Below are positions 45,555-55,970 of a stretch of 64,000 nt of DNA, piece after piece. The stretch lies in contig CAZDPV010000002.1 in assembly GCA_964507565.1 (NCBI GenBank), forward strand, positions 24,879 through 88,878, written 5' to 3'. How positions within the stretch are numbered: position 1 is the first letter of the stretch; every line of letters starts with the position of its first letter. This DNA comes from an uncultured Clostridium sp. Its GTDB lineage: Bacteria; Bacillota; Clostridia; TANB77; CAG-508. Under the pieces are notes generated by a model. The model was not told where the DNA came from. It saw nothing but the letters and a program-made list of their open reading frames with translations, and did no database searches. Made by a program: the position numbers and the translations under genes.

Positions 45555-47741
45555 TTATTTTAAGTTAACAATAGTTACTCCGTAGTCACCCTCACCAAAT
45601 CCAGCAATACTATATGAATCAACATACTTACAATTTTTTAAATATGAATGAATACCTTGACGAAGTTTTCCAGTTCCTTTTCCATGTACAATCCTTACTT
45701 GACGCAAATGGGCCATACAACAGCTATCTAAATATTTATCTAAAATATCAACGGCACTTGCAACAGTTTCTCCAATCAAATTTATTTCTGTAGAAGTTGT
45801 TAATGCTTTATTATTTCCAATATGAACTGAACCAGTGCTTAAATTATTTTTGCTCTTCAGGTCAACTTTTTTTGTTTTATTATTTATATTTGGATTAACA
45901 TTTTTATGTTTTGAGTTTTCATCATATTTAGAATTTAAATTCAACAAAACGCTTAAATCTAACTCATTTGCACCAAATTTTGATACTGAATTATTCAAAT
46001 TATTTCTAAGATTATTTGCTTTTTTCATATCAGGTTCATTCATTTTAGAAAGTTCACTAATTATACTATCAGCTTCTTCTTTAGCATCTATAAGTATTTG
46101 TTTAGCCTCTTTTTTAGCTTCCTCTATTTTTTCTTTTTCATGAAATAACTTATCAGAGCAATCATGCTCCAAAGATTTTCTAAGAAGGGAAACTTGATTT
46201 AGATTTTTAGCAATCTCAAGTTTATCAGCTTCAATTTTAGCTTTGTTATCGTATATTTCTTTAAGCAAAGACTCAATATCTGTATCAGGCTTACTAATTA
46301 AGCTAGAAGCTCTATCTAAAATATCTTGAGATATACCTAACTTTTTACTAATGGCAAAAGCATTACTTTTACCAGGAATACCTATTAAGAGATGATAGGT
46401 AGGTTTTAAATTCTTAATATCAAATTCACAACTTGCGTTTTCAAAGCCTTCATGAGTTATTGCATAATTTTTAATTTCATGATAATGAGTGGTAGCTATA
46501 GTAAATGCACAAGTTTCATGAAATTTTTCTAGCAGACTAATAGCTAGATTAGCACCCTCAATGGGATCAGTTCCAGAACCAAGCTCGTCTACTAATATTA
46601 AACTATTTTTAGTAAAAGTATTTAATATTTGAACAATATTAGTTATATGTGAAGAAAAAGTACTTAAAGACTCTTCAATACTTTGCTCATCACCAATATC
46701 AGCAAAAATATTATCAAAGATTCTTATTGAGCTTCCATCTTGAACTGGTATATGAAGACCAGATTGAGCCATACAACATAATAAGCCAACGGTCTTTAAT
46801 GTAACTGTTTTTCCGCCTGTATTTGGACCTGTAATTACTAAGGTAGTAAAAGTCTTGTCAACTGCACCAACCAAATTTGGCATTCCAATAAAAACATTAA
46901 CAGGAATAACTTTAGATTTATCTATTAAAGGGTGTCTTGCATTTTTAAAATTAACAAAAGAAGTTATATTAGGGCATGAACAGTTATCATCAATAGAAAG
47001 CTTTGCTTTTGCTGATATAAAATCCAATTTACCAATTATGTTAATATCTTGCTTTAAAAGACCAGTAATAGAAAATAAAAGACCAGACAAATTCTCCAAA
47101 ATTCTTTCAATTTCTCTATTTTCCTCAACAAGTAAATTCCCAATAGTATTATTCATGTCAAATACAGCCATTGGCTCAATATAAACCGTAGAACCGCTAC
47201 TTGAGGTATCGTGAATAAACCCTTTAATATTATTTCTATATTCTTCTTTAACAGGAACAACATACCTTCCATTACGAATTGTTACGACCTGATCCATGAT
47301 ATATTTTGAATATGTATTTGAATGTATAATTCCGTTTAATTTATTTTTTATCTCTAATTCAAGATTCTTTCTATTTCGTCTAATTGATGCAAGCTTAGAA
47401 GAAGCCTCATCTGCAATAGCATCTTCTGATAAGATACTTGAAAAAATCTTTTTCTCTATATCTTGATTAAAATAAAGGTCGTCAAAATATTTTGACAAAC
47501 AAGTTAGCGGCAATTCATAACTTTTATAATATGCTGATAATTCTCTGGATGTTTTTAAACAATAGGCCATATCTAATAGATTTCTAGCAGACAAACTAAT
47601 ACAACTTTCTATTTTTTTAATAGGCAAAGAAAGGTCTGAAATTTCAGAAATAGGGAAAGAACCTAATGAATGCACTAAATTACATCCTTCAGTAGTTTCC
47701 TTAAGCATATTTCCAACCTTTTCTTGGTTATCAGAAGGCAT
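45555..47741 (-). CDS. mutS2: Endonuclease MutS2 (MutS domain plus C-terminal Smr). The N-terminal ~37 codons are encoded in a different frame (47731-47844), indicating a frameshift near the 5' end.
   Basis: Walker A GPNTGGKT is present, and Smr is at the C-terminus (IVHGKGTGKLRQ). Upstream on the - strand, ATG at 47844 with RBS GTGAGGT encodes MIEKYLDKLEYNIIIDKLTREVSNLY..., which matches the MutS2 N-terminus. Continuity with ...GKSISQGLMPSDNQ requires a 1-nt shift near 47758-47769. Confidence 0.8.
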   Translation of the reverse strand: MPSDNQEKVGNMLKETTEGCNLVHSLGSFPISEISDLSLPIKKIESCISLSARNLLDMAYCLKTSRELSAYYKSYELPLTCLSKYFDDLYFNQDIEKKIFSSILSEDAIADEASSKLASIRRNRKNLELEIKNKLNGIIHSNTYSKYIMDQVVTIRNGRYVVPVKEEYRNNIKGFIHDTSSSGSTVYIEPMAVFDMNNTIGNLLVEENREIERILENLSGLLFSITGLLKQDINIIGKLDFISAKAKLSIDDNCSCPNITSFVNFKNARHPLIDKSKVIPVNVFIGMPNLVGAVDKTFTTLVITGPNTGGKTVTLKTVGLLCCMAQSGLHIPVQDGSSIRIFDNIFADIGDEQSIEESLSTFSSHITNIVQILNTFTKNSLILVDELGSGTDPIEGANLAISLLEKFHETCAFTIATTHYHEIKNYAITHEGFENASCEFDIKNLKPTYHLLIGIPGKSNAFAISKKLGISQDILDRASSLISKPDTDIESLLKEIYDNKAKIEADKLEIAKNLNQVSLLRKSLEHDCSDKLFHEKEKIEEAKKEAKQILIDAKEEADSIISELSKMNEPDMKKANNLRNNLNNSVSKFGANELDLSVLLNLNSKYDENSKHKNVNPNINNKTKKVDLKSKNNLSTGSVHIGNNKALTTSTEINLIGETVASAVDILDKYLDSCCMAHLRQVRIVHGKGTGKLRQGIHSYLKNCKYVDSYSIAGFGEGDYGVTIVNLK

Positions 47742-48062
47742 TAAGCCCTGAGAAATAGATTTTCCTATATAAGTTTGACACTTCCCGAGTTAACTTGTCT
47801 ATTATAATATTATATTCTAATTTATCTAAATATTTTTCTATCATTTTTACCTCACAATAACTTAATTATAGCGCAAAAACAATATTTTTTCAATTCTAAT
47901 TTAAATATTATTTGAGCGTACATAACTTATATTACTAAAATAATCCTAATAATTCCAAAATTAGATTAAATTACCCTATTTTTTTTTTCAAATATACTTG
48001 AAAATCTACAAAATTATTGATATGATAATGTAAATATTTTATATTTGTAAAGGATGATTAAA

Positions 48063-48746
48063 ATGATAGAATTTAGAAATGTTTGTAAAACCTATGATAC
48101 AGGCACAGAAGCAGTACATAATGCAAACTTTAAAATAGAAAAAGGTGAATTTGCTTTTTTAGTTGGTAGTTCAGGTTCTGGAAAATCTACATTAATTAAG
48201 CTGATTTTAAAAGAAGAAGAACCAACTTCAGGTAACATAATTATAAATGGGAAGGATACTACTTTTTTAAAACCAAGTAGAGTACCATTTTTAAGAAGAA
48301 GTATGGGAATAGTTTTTCAGGATTTTAGATTGTTACCAGACAAAACCGTATATGAAAATGTTGCATTTGCAATGTATGTAGTTAAAGCAACACCAAAGCA
48401 TATAAGGAGACAAGTACCAATGGTACTTTCACTTGTAGGGTTGAGTAACAAGGCAAAAGTATATCCTAATGAATTATCTGGTGGTGAACAACAAAGAGTT
48501 GCACTAGCACGAGCAATAGTAAATAATCCTTCAATGCTAATAGCGGATGAGCCTACAGGAAACTTAGATCCAAATACTGCATGGGATATAATGGAACTAT
48601 TAAATGATATAAATTTAAGGGGAACAACTGTAGTTGTTGCAACACACGCAAAAGATATAGTAGACAGAATGAAAAAGAGAGTTATCCGTGTAGACCATGG
48701 AAATATTGTAAGAGATGAAAAAGGTGGGTATGACGGTGAGATATAA
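48063..48746 (+). CDS. ftsE: Cell-division ABC ATPase FtsE
   Basis: N-terminus MIEFRNVCKTY. Walker A GSSGSGKST, signature LSGGEQQR, Walker B LIADE. Confidence 0.9.
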   Translation: MIEFRNVCKTYDTGTEAVHNANFKIEKGEFAFLVGSSGSGKSTLIKLILKEEEPTSGNIIINGKDTTFLKPSRVPFLRRSMGIVFQDFRLLPDKTVYENVAFAMYVVKATPKHIRRQVPMVLSLVGLSNKAKVYPNELSGGEQQRVALARAIVNNPSMLIADEPTGNLDPNTAWDIMELLNDINLRGTTVVVATHAKDIVDRMKKRVIRVDHGNIVRDEKGGYDGEI

Positions 48747-49635
48747 TGTTATAGGATATATAATATCCGAGGGATTTAAAAGTGTAATTAAACAGAAAAA
48801 GATGACGAGTGCATCTATCGTAATAATGTGTGCAACTATGTTTATGTTTGGTATGTTTTTCTTAATTGGAGAAAATATAAACTTTATAATGAAACAAGTT
48901 GAAAGCCAACAAGGTATGAAAGTAGTTATAAAAGAAGATTTAAGTGAAGATAAAATAGAAGAATTAGGAAACAAAATAAGACAAGTAGATGGAGTAAATA
49001 AAGCAACTTTTAATTCTAAAGAAGATGCCTTAGCAACTGTTAAAACTTGGCTCGGAACACATCAAGACTTAATTACTGGATACGATGAGGACAATCCATT
49101 TCCAGCATCTTATTTTGTAACACTAACGGATTTAACTAAAAATAAAGATGTACAAGATCAAATTAAAAGTCTTGATGGGGTAGAAGAAATTACAAGTAAC
49201 AATGATACTATTTCAAATCTAGCAAGTGTAGCCAATGGAATTCAAATTGTTACAATAATACTACTACTATTACTTGTAATTATTTCAATATTTATTATTT
49301 CTTATACAATAAAGCTAACTGTGTATGCGAGAAGAAGAGAAATATCAATTATGAAGTATGTTGGTGCAACTAATGGATTTATTAGAGGACCATTTGTAGT
49401 AGAAGGTATTATAATTGGGGTTATATCAGCATTTATAACCTTAGGTGTAGTTGGACTTGTATATAATACAACAATTTCTAAAGTTCTAACATCAAATGTA
49501 ATACAAAGAATGTCAATATCATTATATAGCTTTTCAGATTTATTTATTAAAGTACTATTTGTATATTTAGTATTAGGAATAGGCATAGGAATATTAGGAA
49601 GTATAATTTCAATGAGAAAGTACTTAAAAGTTTAA
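48715..49635 (+). CDS. ftsX: Cell-division permease-like protein FtsX
   Basis: RYNVIGYIISEGFKSV, 4 TM helices, and a periplasmic loop. The gene overlaps the ftsE stop. Confidence 0.85.
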   Translation: MKKVGMTVRYNVIGYIISEGFKSVIKQKKMTSASIVIMCATMFMFGMFFLIGENINFIMKQVESQQGMKVVIKEDLSEDKIEELGNKIRQVDGVNKATFNSKEDALATVKTWLGTHQDLITGYDEDNPFPASYFVTLTDLTKNKDVQDQIKSLDGVEEITSNNDTISNLASVANGIQIVTIILLLLLVIISIFIISYTIKLTVYARRREISIMKYVGATNGFIRGPFVVEGIIIGVISAFITLGVVGLVYNTTISKVLTSNVIQRMSISLYSFSDLFIKVLFVYLVLGIGIGILGSIISMRKYLKV

Positions 49636-49674
49636 ATTTATAATTTATTCAAAGTTATAAATTAAGGAGGAACA

Positions 49675-50874
49675 ATGAGAAGAAAATTATTAGGAATAAT
49701 AGTAATAGTTATATTATTTTTTACATATACTTTAAATGCTTACGCAGAAAGTGAAGCAGATTTAAAAAGCGAAAAAGATGATATTAAAAATAAACAAAAT
49801 AAGGTTAATGAAACACTAAACCAAATTACCAGCCAAAAAGCTGAAGAAAAAACAGCACTTGATACAATAAATGATCAAGTAACTAGCTTAAATAATGAAA
49901 TTTTGTCTCTACAGTCTCAATTAGAGGAATTAAATTCTTCTATTGAAACAAAACAAAATGAAATAAATCAGAAAGAAAAAGAAATTAAAGAAAAATCAGA
50001 ACTACTAAAGAAAAGATTAGTAGCAATGTATAAAAACGGAGGAACTTCATATTTGGATGTGCTACTTGGTTCAGGTAGTTACTTAGATATGCTCTCAAGT
50101 TTCGATGTTGTAGAAAAGATAGCAAATGCTGATACACAGCTTATAAATCAAATAACAGATCAAAAATCCGAAATAGAAAAGGGAAAAAAAGAATTAGAAG
50201 AGAAAAAAGCTGAAATAGATACAATAAAATCAGAAAAAGACGCTAAAAGTCAAACTCTAAAAGCTAAAAAAGTTGAAAAGCAAAAACAAATAGAAAAATT
50301 ATCAGAAGAACAAAAAAGTGCCCAAGCAGAAATAGAAAAATATAATGATGCAATGGAAAGAGTAAACCAAAAATTAGAAGAAATTGCCAAAAAGGCAGAA
50401 GAACAAATAAAAGATCACAACGGTGGAGCAGGATTAAAATTTGACGGAACATTTATCTGGCCATGCAATAATAAAATAGTTACTTCAAGGATGAAGTGGA
50501 GATGGGGAAGGCAGCATAAAGGAATTGACATTGGAGCAAACTATGAGTCAGTATATGCAACAGCATCTGGATATGCATATAATGCATATGATGCAAATGG
50601 ATATGGATATTACATAATGATATTTCATGGCGATAATTATATTTCTTTATATGGACACTTATCACAAAGAAAAGTCTCTGATGGTCAATTTGTTAAACAA
50701 GGGCAAATAATTGCAACATCTGGCGGAAGAGCAGGAGCAGCAGGAAGTGGTTCAAGCCAAGGACCTCATTTACACTTTGAATTACGACGTGCATCATCGG
50801 TATACGAATTCTTTAATAAATCACCTTTAGATCCATTGGATTATCTTCCAGGTGGATATACTATTAGCGAATAG
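49675..50874 (+). CDS. Coiled-coil M23 (LytM) peptidoglycan endopeptidase, a likely FtsEX-regulated hydrolase
   Basis: A signal/TM segment, a long coiled coil, and an M23 domain (HKGIDIGA...GHL...GPHLHFE). Confidence 0.8.
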   Translation: MRRKLLGIIVIVILFFTYTLNAYAESEADLKSEKDDIKNKQNKVNETLNQITSQKAEEKTALDTINDQVTSLNNEILSLQSQLEELNSSIETKQNEINQKEKEIKEKSELLKKRLVAMYKNGGTSYLDVLLGSGSYLDMLSSFDVVEKIANADTQLINQITDQKSEIEKGKKELEEKKAEIDTIKSEKDAKSQTLKAKKVEKQKQIEKLSEEQKSAQAEIEKYNDAMERVNQKLEEIAKKAEEQIKDHNGGAGLKFDGTFIWPCNNKIVTSRMKWRWGRQHKGIDIGANYESVYATASGYAYNAYDANGYGYYIMIFHGDNYISLYGHLSQRKVSDGQFVKQGQIIATSGGRAGAAGSGSSQGPHLHFELRRASSVYEFFNKSPLDPLDYLPGGYTISE

Positions 50875-50980
50875 CAAAAAAATGAAATTAAGGAGGCACA
50901 GTATGTTATTTTTGATGATATAAAATATCAACTAAAATAAAAGCCATATACTTGTGCCTTATTTAATGGAAAGGGGTAAG

Positions 50981-52189
50981 ATGAAAAATAAAAGTATTAA
51001 GTATAAAATATTTATAATTATATTAGTTTTATTGACTATTTTTACCCTTTTTTATGTTGTTTTTGCAGATGAAAATGCAAACAATGTAGTAAATACTACA
51101 AATAGAACATTATCACTCCAAGAACAACAAAATCAAGTAAATGAACAACTAGCAAACGCACACAATCAGCTACTATATGTAGAAAGTGAACTATCAGCCT
51201 CTCTAGTGCAAATTCAAAAACTTGAAGATAAAATATCTGAGTATCAAAAAAAAGTAGATGAAGTGAATGCGAAATATCAAGAATTACAAAGTAAGGTTAC
51301 TACTTATGAAAAACAATTATCAAATATTCAAGCTCAATATGACAAAAAAGACAAACTGCTAAAAGACAGATTAGTTCAAATGTATAAAAGAGGGACAACT
51401 AGTTATTTAGATGTATTACTAAGCTCAAGAGATATAATAGAATTTATATCTAATTATTTCATAATTCAGCAGGTTGTAGAATATGACTCTAAGACATTAA
51501 AAGAAATAGAAGAAAAAAAGCAGGAATCTGAGAAGATAACTAATGAATTAAAGGAAGCAAAGGCAAATATGAAATTAACAAAAGTTGAAGCAGAAAAACA
51601 AACTATTATTTTATCAAACACTAAAACTATACTTGAAAATCAAAAAACAAGTTTAACAGAAAGTGAGCAAAAGATATCAGCAGAAATAGACTCATATAAA
51701 AAACAACAAGAGGAACTAGAAAATTTAATAAACTATGCAATAAATGGTTCAAATTACGAATTACAATATTCAGGTGGGGTTATGATATGGCCAACACTAA
51801 ATTCATCATACATAACATCTCCATTTGGAACAAGGTTGCATCCAATTCAAGGAATTATTAAAAATCATGACGGAATTGACATAGGAGGTTCAATAGGAAA
51901 TCCTGTATATGCATCGGCAGACGGACTAATAATATATTCTAATTACAATACAGGGGGATATGGAAACATGGTTATGATTGACCATGGAACAAATGCAGAA
52001 GGAATAAAAATTGTTACACTATACGGACATGGAAACAAACTGCTGAAAAATGTAGGAGATGTTGTAAAACAAGGAGATTTAATAATGGAAATGGGATCTA
52101 CAGGGAATTCAACAGGACCTCATGTACATTTTGAAGTTAGAGAAAATGGAATTCCAACTGATCCAAAAAAATATTTATCATCAAATTAA
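50981..52189 (+). CDS. Second coiled-coil M23 (LytM) peptidoglycan endopeptidase
   Basis: Coiled coil plus M23 motifs (HDGIDIGG...GHG...GPHVHFE). ATG 50981 has RBS AAAGGGG; the ORF track started at an upstream GTG. Confidence 0.8.
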   Translation: MKNKSIKYKIFIIILVLLTIFTLFYVVFADENANNVVNTTNRTLSLQEQQNQVNEQLANAHNQLLYVESELSASLVQIQKLEDKISEYQKKVDEVNAKYQELQSKVTTYEKQLSNIQAQYDKKDKLLKDRLVQMYKRGTTSYLDVLLSSRDIIEFISNYFIIQQVVEYDSKTLKEIEEKKQESEKITNELKEAKANMKLTKVEAEKQTIILSNTKTILENQKTSLTESEQKISAEIDSYKKQQEELENLINYAINGSNYELQYSGGVMIWPTLNSSYITSPFGTRLHPIQGIIKNHDGIDIGGSIGNPVYASADGLIIYSNYNTGGYGNMVMIDHGTNAEGIKIVTLYGHGNKLLKNVGDVVKQGDLIMEMGSTGNSTGPHVHFEVRENGIPTDPKKYLSSN

Positions 52190-52249
52190 AAGTGGTTTAT
52201 GGGTAAAGACCAATAAAAACCTAAATTAGTAATGTAAGGAAAAATTAAA

Positions 52250-53449
52250 ATGAAAAAAAATACAATAATGAGAACAATGATGACTATCATCATAACATCA
52301 ATTATTACTTTCACTGTAACATATTTATGGTTATATGGAAGTAAAGGAAGAACAATAGCATCTGAATCTTTAATTGGAAACGCTTTAGCAACAGACACAT
52401 TAACATCTAAATTAAAAATTATTAAGGACAAAATAAATGAAGTGTATCTTGGAGATATAGATGAAAATAACTTAAAAGAATATACAATTAAAGGATATGT
52501 TGCAGGGTTAAAAGATAAATATAGTGGATATTTAACTTCAGACGAAATGTCAGAATATACAACAGATACTTTAGGAGAATATGTTGGAATTGGAGTATAC
52601 ATAACTAAAGACGAAACTAACAATCAGATTTTAATATATAGCACGATTAAAGACTCTTCAGCTGAAAAAGCAGGTTTACTAGCCGGAGATGTAATAACAG
52701 AAGTAGATGGTACAAAGTGCAATGGAGATGATTACGAAACAATTACCAATAGGATAAAAGGAAAAGAAGGTACAAAAGTTAACATAAAGATACTTAGAAA
52801 TAAAGAAGAAAAAACATTTGAGATTGAAAGAAAAAAGGTTACTCAGATTAGAGTTAATTCACAAATGCTAGAAAACAATATAGGATATATATATATTTCA
52901 AGTTTTGATGGAAATATTGCAAAACAGTTTAAAGAACAATATGATGAACTTGAAAATAATGGTGCCACATCGCTAATAGTAGACGTTCGTAATAATGGTG
53001 GTGGAATGATTGATGAAGCAACTGGTATTGGCGACTTATTTACGGATAAAGATTCAGTTCTACTAATTGAAAAAGATAAAAATGGAAAAGAAACTACAAC
53101 TAAGGCAAAAAGTGATAAAAAAATAACAATGAAAACAGTATTATTAGTAAATAAAGATTCAGCAAGTGCATCTGAAATTTTAGCCGGAATATTCCAAGAC
53201 AGTATAGAAAACTCGAAAATTATTGGCACAAAAACTTATGGAAAAGGTGTAATACAAACAGTATTCCAGCTATCAGATGGAAGTGGGTTAAAACTTACAA
53301 CTAATGAATACTTTACACCAAAACACAATAAAATAAACAAAATAGGAGTTACTCCTGATATTGTAGTAGATGATTATCAATATACAGGGATCCTTGAAAC
53401 AGAAAAAGATACACAACTAAAAAAAGCAATAGAAGAACTAAAAAAATAA
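52250..53449 (+). CDS. ctpA: C-terminal processing protease (S41, CtpA-like) with a PDZ domain
   Basis: PDZ (GIGVYITKD...AGLLAGDVITEVDG) and the S41 catalytic region (LVNKDSASASEILAG...TKTYGKG). Confidence 0.85.
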   Translation: MKKNTIMRTMMTIIITSIITFTVTYLWLYGSKGRTIASESLIGNALATDTLTSKLKIIKDKINEVYLGDIDENNLKEYTIKGYVAGLKDKYSGYLTSDEMSEYTTDTLGEYVGIGVYITKDETNNQILIYSTIKDSSAEKAGLLAGDVITEVDGTKCNGDDYETITNRIKGKEGTKVNIKILRNKEEKTFEIERKKVTQIRVNSQMLENNIGYIYISSFDGNIAKQFKEQYDELENNGATSLIVDVRNNGGGMIDEATGIGDLFTDKDSVLLIEKDKNGKETTTKAKSDKKITMKTVLLVNKDSASASEILAGIFQDSIENSKIIGTKTYGKGVIQTVFQLSDGSGLKLTTNEYFTPKHNKINKIGVTPDIVVDDYQYTGILETEKDTQLKKAIEELKK

Positions 53450-53694
53450 TTTTAATTATAACTTGAGTAATTATAGCTTGAGTGAAAGGCACATAAATTG
53501 AATTACTCATTACTGAAAAGTACAATGAGGTGACATGAGAGAGGAGAAATTCATTAAGAATTATCCTCTACTCAATTAACTAAAAAACACATTTAAAAAG
53601 TAAAAGGCATTTATAGACAAAGATATATTTACTAGCAAAAGATTATTTTTAAAATTAAAAAACTCAAAAATTTTTAAAAATTTCAAAAAAAACA

Positions 53695-53723
53695 TTGACA
53701 TTATACAAATAATTTAGTATACT
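53695..53723 (+). promoter_or_regulatory. Consensus sigma-A promoter of the tRNA operon (TTGACA, 17 nt spacer, TATACT)
   Basis: ttgaca 53695-700, a 17-nt spacer, tatact 53718-23, about 20 nt upstream of tRNA-Val. Confidence 0.6.
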
Positions 53724-53744
53724 AAGAAAGTCAGATAAACAAAT

Positions 53745-53820
53745 GGTCGCTTAGCTCAGCTGGGAGAGCATCTGCCTTACAAGCAGAGGGTCATAGGTTC
53801 GAGCCCTATAGCGACCACCA
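53745..53820 (+). tRNA. tRNA-Val (anticodon TAC)
   Basis: Acceptor stem GGTCGCT/AGCGACC, D-loop AGCTCAGCTGGGAGAGC, anticodon loop CTTACAA, T-arm GGTTCGAGCCC, encoded CCA. Confidence 0.9.
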
Positions 53821-53826
53821 TTTAAT

Positions 53827-53904
53827 GGCCCGGTAGTTCAGTTGGTTTAGAACGCTAGCCTGTCACGCTAGAGGTCGACGGTTCGAGCCCGTTCCGGGTC
53901 GCCA
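53827..53904 (+). tRNA. tRNA-Asp (anticodon GTC)
   Basis: GGCCCGGTAGTTCAGTTGGTTAGAACG..CCTGTCACG..GGTTCGAGCCC...GCCA. Matches the Bacillus tRNA-Asp pattern. Confidence 0.9.
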
Positions 53905-54014
53905 TTTTTTTATTAGAGATAATAAAGATGGTGACTTTTGTTATATTACTAAGAAATATAAATTCTTGTTATTTAAGTAATATAAAATTAAATAAACTTT
54001 CAATTAAGCAAAAC

Positions 54015-54090
54015 GCCTCGATAGCTCAGTCGGTAGAGCAAGGGACTGAAAATCCCTGTGTCAGTGGTTCGATTCCACTTCGAGGCACCA
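54015..54090 (+). tRNA. tRNA-Phe (anticodon GAA)
   Basis: GCCTCGATAGCTCAGTCGGTAGAGCA, anticodon loop CTGAAAA, T-arm GGTTCGATTCC, acceptor TCGAGGC-A-CCA. Confidence 0.9.
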
Positions 54091-54095
54091 TACAC

Positions 54096-54140
54096 AAAAA
54101 AGAAATCTTAGAGAAATCTAAGATTTCTTTTTTTTTGTGT
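54096..54140 (+). terminator. Rho-independent terminator after the tRNA cluster
   Basis: aaaaaagaaatcttag...ctaagatttcttttttttt. Confidence 0.7.
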
Positions 54141-54357
54141 AAATATTAAATTATATTTGTTTGTAATTAGTTCTTTTATAGGGTTATTTAATAATTATAG
54201 TAAATTTGAATAGATGTGATGTAAACTTAGCAGATGAAATCAACATAATTGAAATTTTAGGCATAGTATATTATGAGGCAGAATTACTTTAAAAAATAGC
54301 AGATTTAATTAAAGTATCAACTGCACTTAATAATAAAATCAAAAAGGAGGAATAAAT

Positions 54358-55407
54358 ATGAAATACGGTATAGATATTTCAGGTTGGCAAAAAAATATTG
54401 ATTATGAAACTTTATCGCAGAATATTGGATTTGCAATTGTTCGTATAGGATATGGAGTTCAATATTTACCAAATAAACAAAAAGATAGTGAATTAGAAAA
54501 TCATTATTATGGATTAATTGATAAGGTTCCAGTCGGAGGATACTATTATCAATATGCTAATGAAGAGGGAGAAGGAATTAAAGAAGCACAGAATTGTTTA
54601 TTGTATATTGAAAATAAACAATTTAACTTACCAATTTATTATGATATAGAAGATAAAAGTGTTTTAGGATTAGATAAAGATATTTTAACTAATATTGCAT
54701 TAGAATTTTGCGAAACTATTGAGGCAAATGGATATAAAGCCGGAATTTATGCAAGTAAATCAGTTTTAGAAGATAAACTTGATACAGATAGAATTTCTAA
54801 ATATTCAATATGGTGTGCAAGTTACGGGAAAAACGATAGTTCAAAATACGAATGGGCAAAATATAATGGAAAACATGAAATTTGGCAATATACTTCTAGA
54901 GGAGAAATAAATGGAATTAATGGATATGTAGATATGAATATTATGTATGAAGATGATTTACCATCTAATGCTAATAATTCTCCTTCTCAAGGTGCCAGTG
55001 AGCCAACAATATATTCAGGAGATGATTCAATTAGAACTATTCAACAATGGTTACAAAACAATTATGGATATAGTCTAAGAATTGATGGATACTTTGGAAA
55101 TGAGACAAAAAAATATTTAACAATGGCTTTGCAACATGAATTAAATACGCAATTTAATGCTAGCCTTGTTGAAGATGGAATATTTGGCAAGAACACATTT
55201 AATGCTTGTATAAACGTAAGAAAAGGAGCAAATGGCAATATTACTTGGCTAATTCAAGCAATGCTAGTTTGTAATAAATTTGATATTGCAGTAGATGGAG
55301 ACTTTGGAAATAATACAGAAAATGCAGTAAGAAAGTTCCAATTAAGAAACGGACTCTCAGCAGATGGAATAGTAGGCAAGAACACATTTAATAAATTATT
55401 TAGATAA
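54358..55407 (+). CDS. GH25 muramidase (lysozyme) with two C-terminal peptidoglycan-binding (PG_binding_1) repeats
   Basis: N-terminus GIDISGWQKNIDYETL...FAIVRIGYG (GH25). C-terminus DGYFGNETKKYL and DGDFGNNTENAVRKFQLRNGLSADGIVGKNTFNKL. Confidence 0.8.
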   Translation: MKYGIDISGWQKNIDYETLSQNIGFAIVRIGYGVQYLPNKQKDSELENHYYGLIDKVPVGGYYYQYANEEGEGIKEAQNCLLYIENKQFNLPIYYDIEDKSVLGLDKDILTNIALEFCETIEANGYKAGIYASKSVLEDKLDTDRISKYSIWCASYGKNDSSKYEWAKYNGKHEIWQYTSRGEINGINGYVDMNIMYEDDLPSNANNSPSQGASEPTIYSGDDSIRTIQQWLQNNYGYSLRIDGYFGNETKKYLTMALQHELNTQFNASLVEDGIFGKNTFNACINVRKGANGNITWLIQAMLVCNKFDIAVDGDFGNNTENAVRKFQLRNGLSADGIVGKNTFNKLFR

Positions 55408-55412
55408 AAATT

Positions 55413-55447
55413 AGGTAGCTTTAATCAGCTACCTTTAATTTTTTTGC
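55413..55447 (+). terminator. Rho-independent terminator after the GH25 gene
   Basis: aggtagct ttaatc agctacct followed by ttaattttttt. Confidence 0.6.
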
Positions 55448-55730
55448 CAACCAAATATAATTCTTACTAAAAATAAAACAACAAATGTATACCAAAAATA
55501 TAAATGGACTTAAAATGAATTGTCACTAAAATTCACTAAAACATGAAATAAAGCTAGCTCTAAGAATATAGAAAACTAATTCATAATATATTTTTTAAAA
55601 TATATCCAAATTTAATAAAAGTGTAATATCATTAAAATTTAAAATAAAATATCTAATAACACTTGAATAAATCACTACTTTTGTGATAATATGTAATACA
55701 AGTAAATTTAATTTATGCAAAAGGAAGAAA

Positions 55731-55967
55731 ATGAATATGACAAATGAAAAAGGTATAACAATTTTATCATTAGTTGTAACAATGATTGTTATGATTATAT
55801 TAGCAGGTGTAACCATAAGCATTATAGGAAATGATAAGGGATCAACAAATGAAATAATATCACAGGTGCAAAATCATGTTTCTAATCAATCTCAGATGAT
55901 TGACAAGGAAAATGATAAAATGAATCAAACACTTAAAAATCAAGAAGAAGATTGGGGCATAACATAG
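55731..55967 (+). CDS. Small type IV pilin/pseudopilin-like protein (N-terminal hydrophobic helix, Glu5 absent)
   Basis: RBS AAGGAAG precedes MNMTNEKGITILSLVVTMIVMIILAGV, which resembles the prepilin KGFTLIE...hydrophobic helix but with S at +5. Confidence 0.35.
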   Translation: MNMTNEKGITILSLVVTMIVMIILAGVTISIIGNDKGSTNEIISQVQNHVSNQSQMIDKENDKMNQTLKNQEEDWGIT

Positions 55968-55970
55968 AAG

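Noticed and set aside
45835-47184. + strand ORFs (102 and 109 aa) inside mutS2
   Set aside because: They are antisense to a conserved MutS2 ORF and have no RBS or features.
53463-53600. Inverted-repeat-containing intergenic segment after ctpA (gagtaatt...aattactc)
   Set aside because: It probably represents terminator and spacer structure upstream of the tRNA promoter. No convincing conserved RNA motif or ORF was found.
53928-54149. 73-aa ORF overlapping tRNA-Phe
   Set aside because: It spans the tRNA-Phe gene and its terminator, and the tRNA structure explains the sequence.
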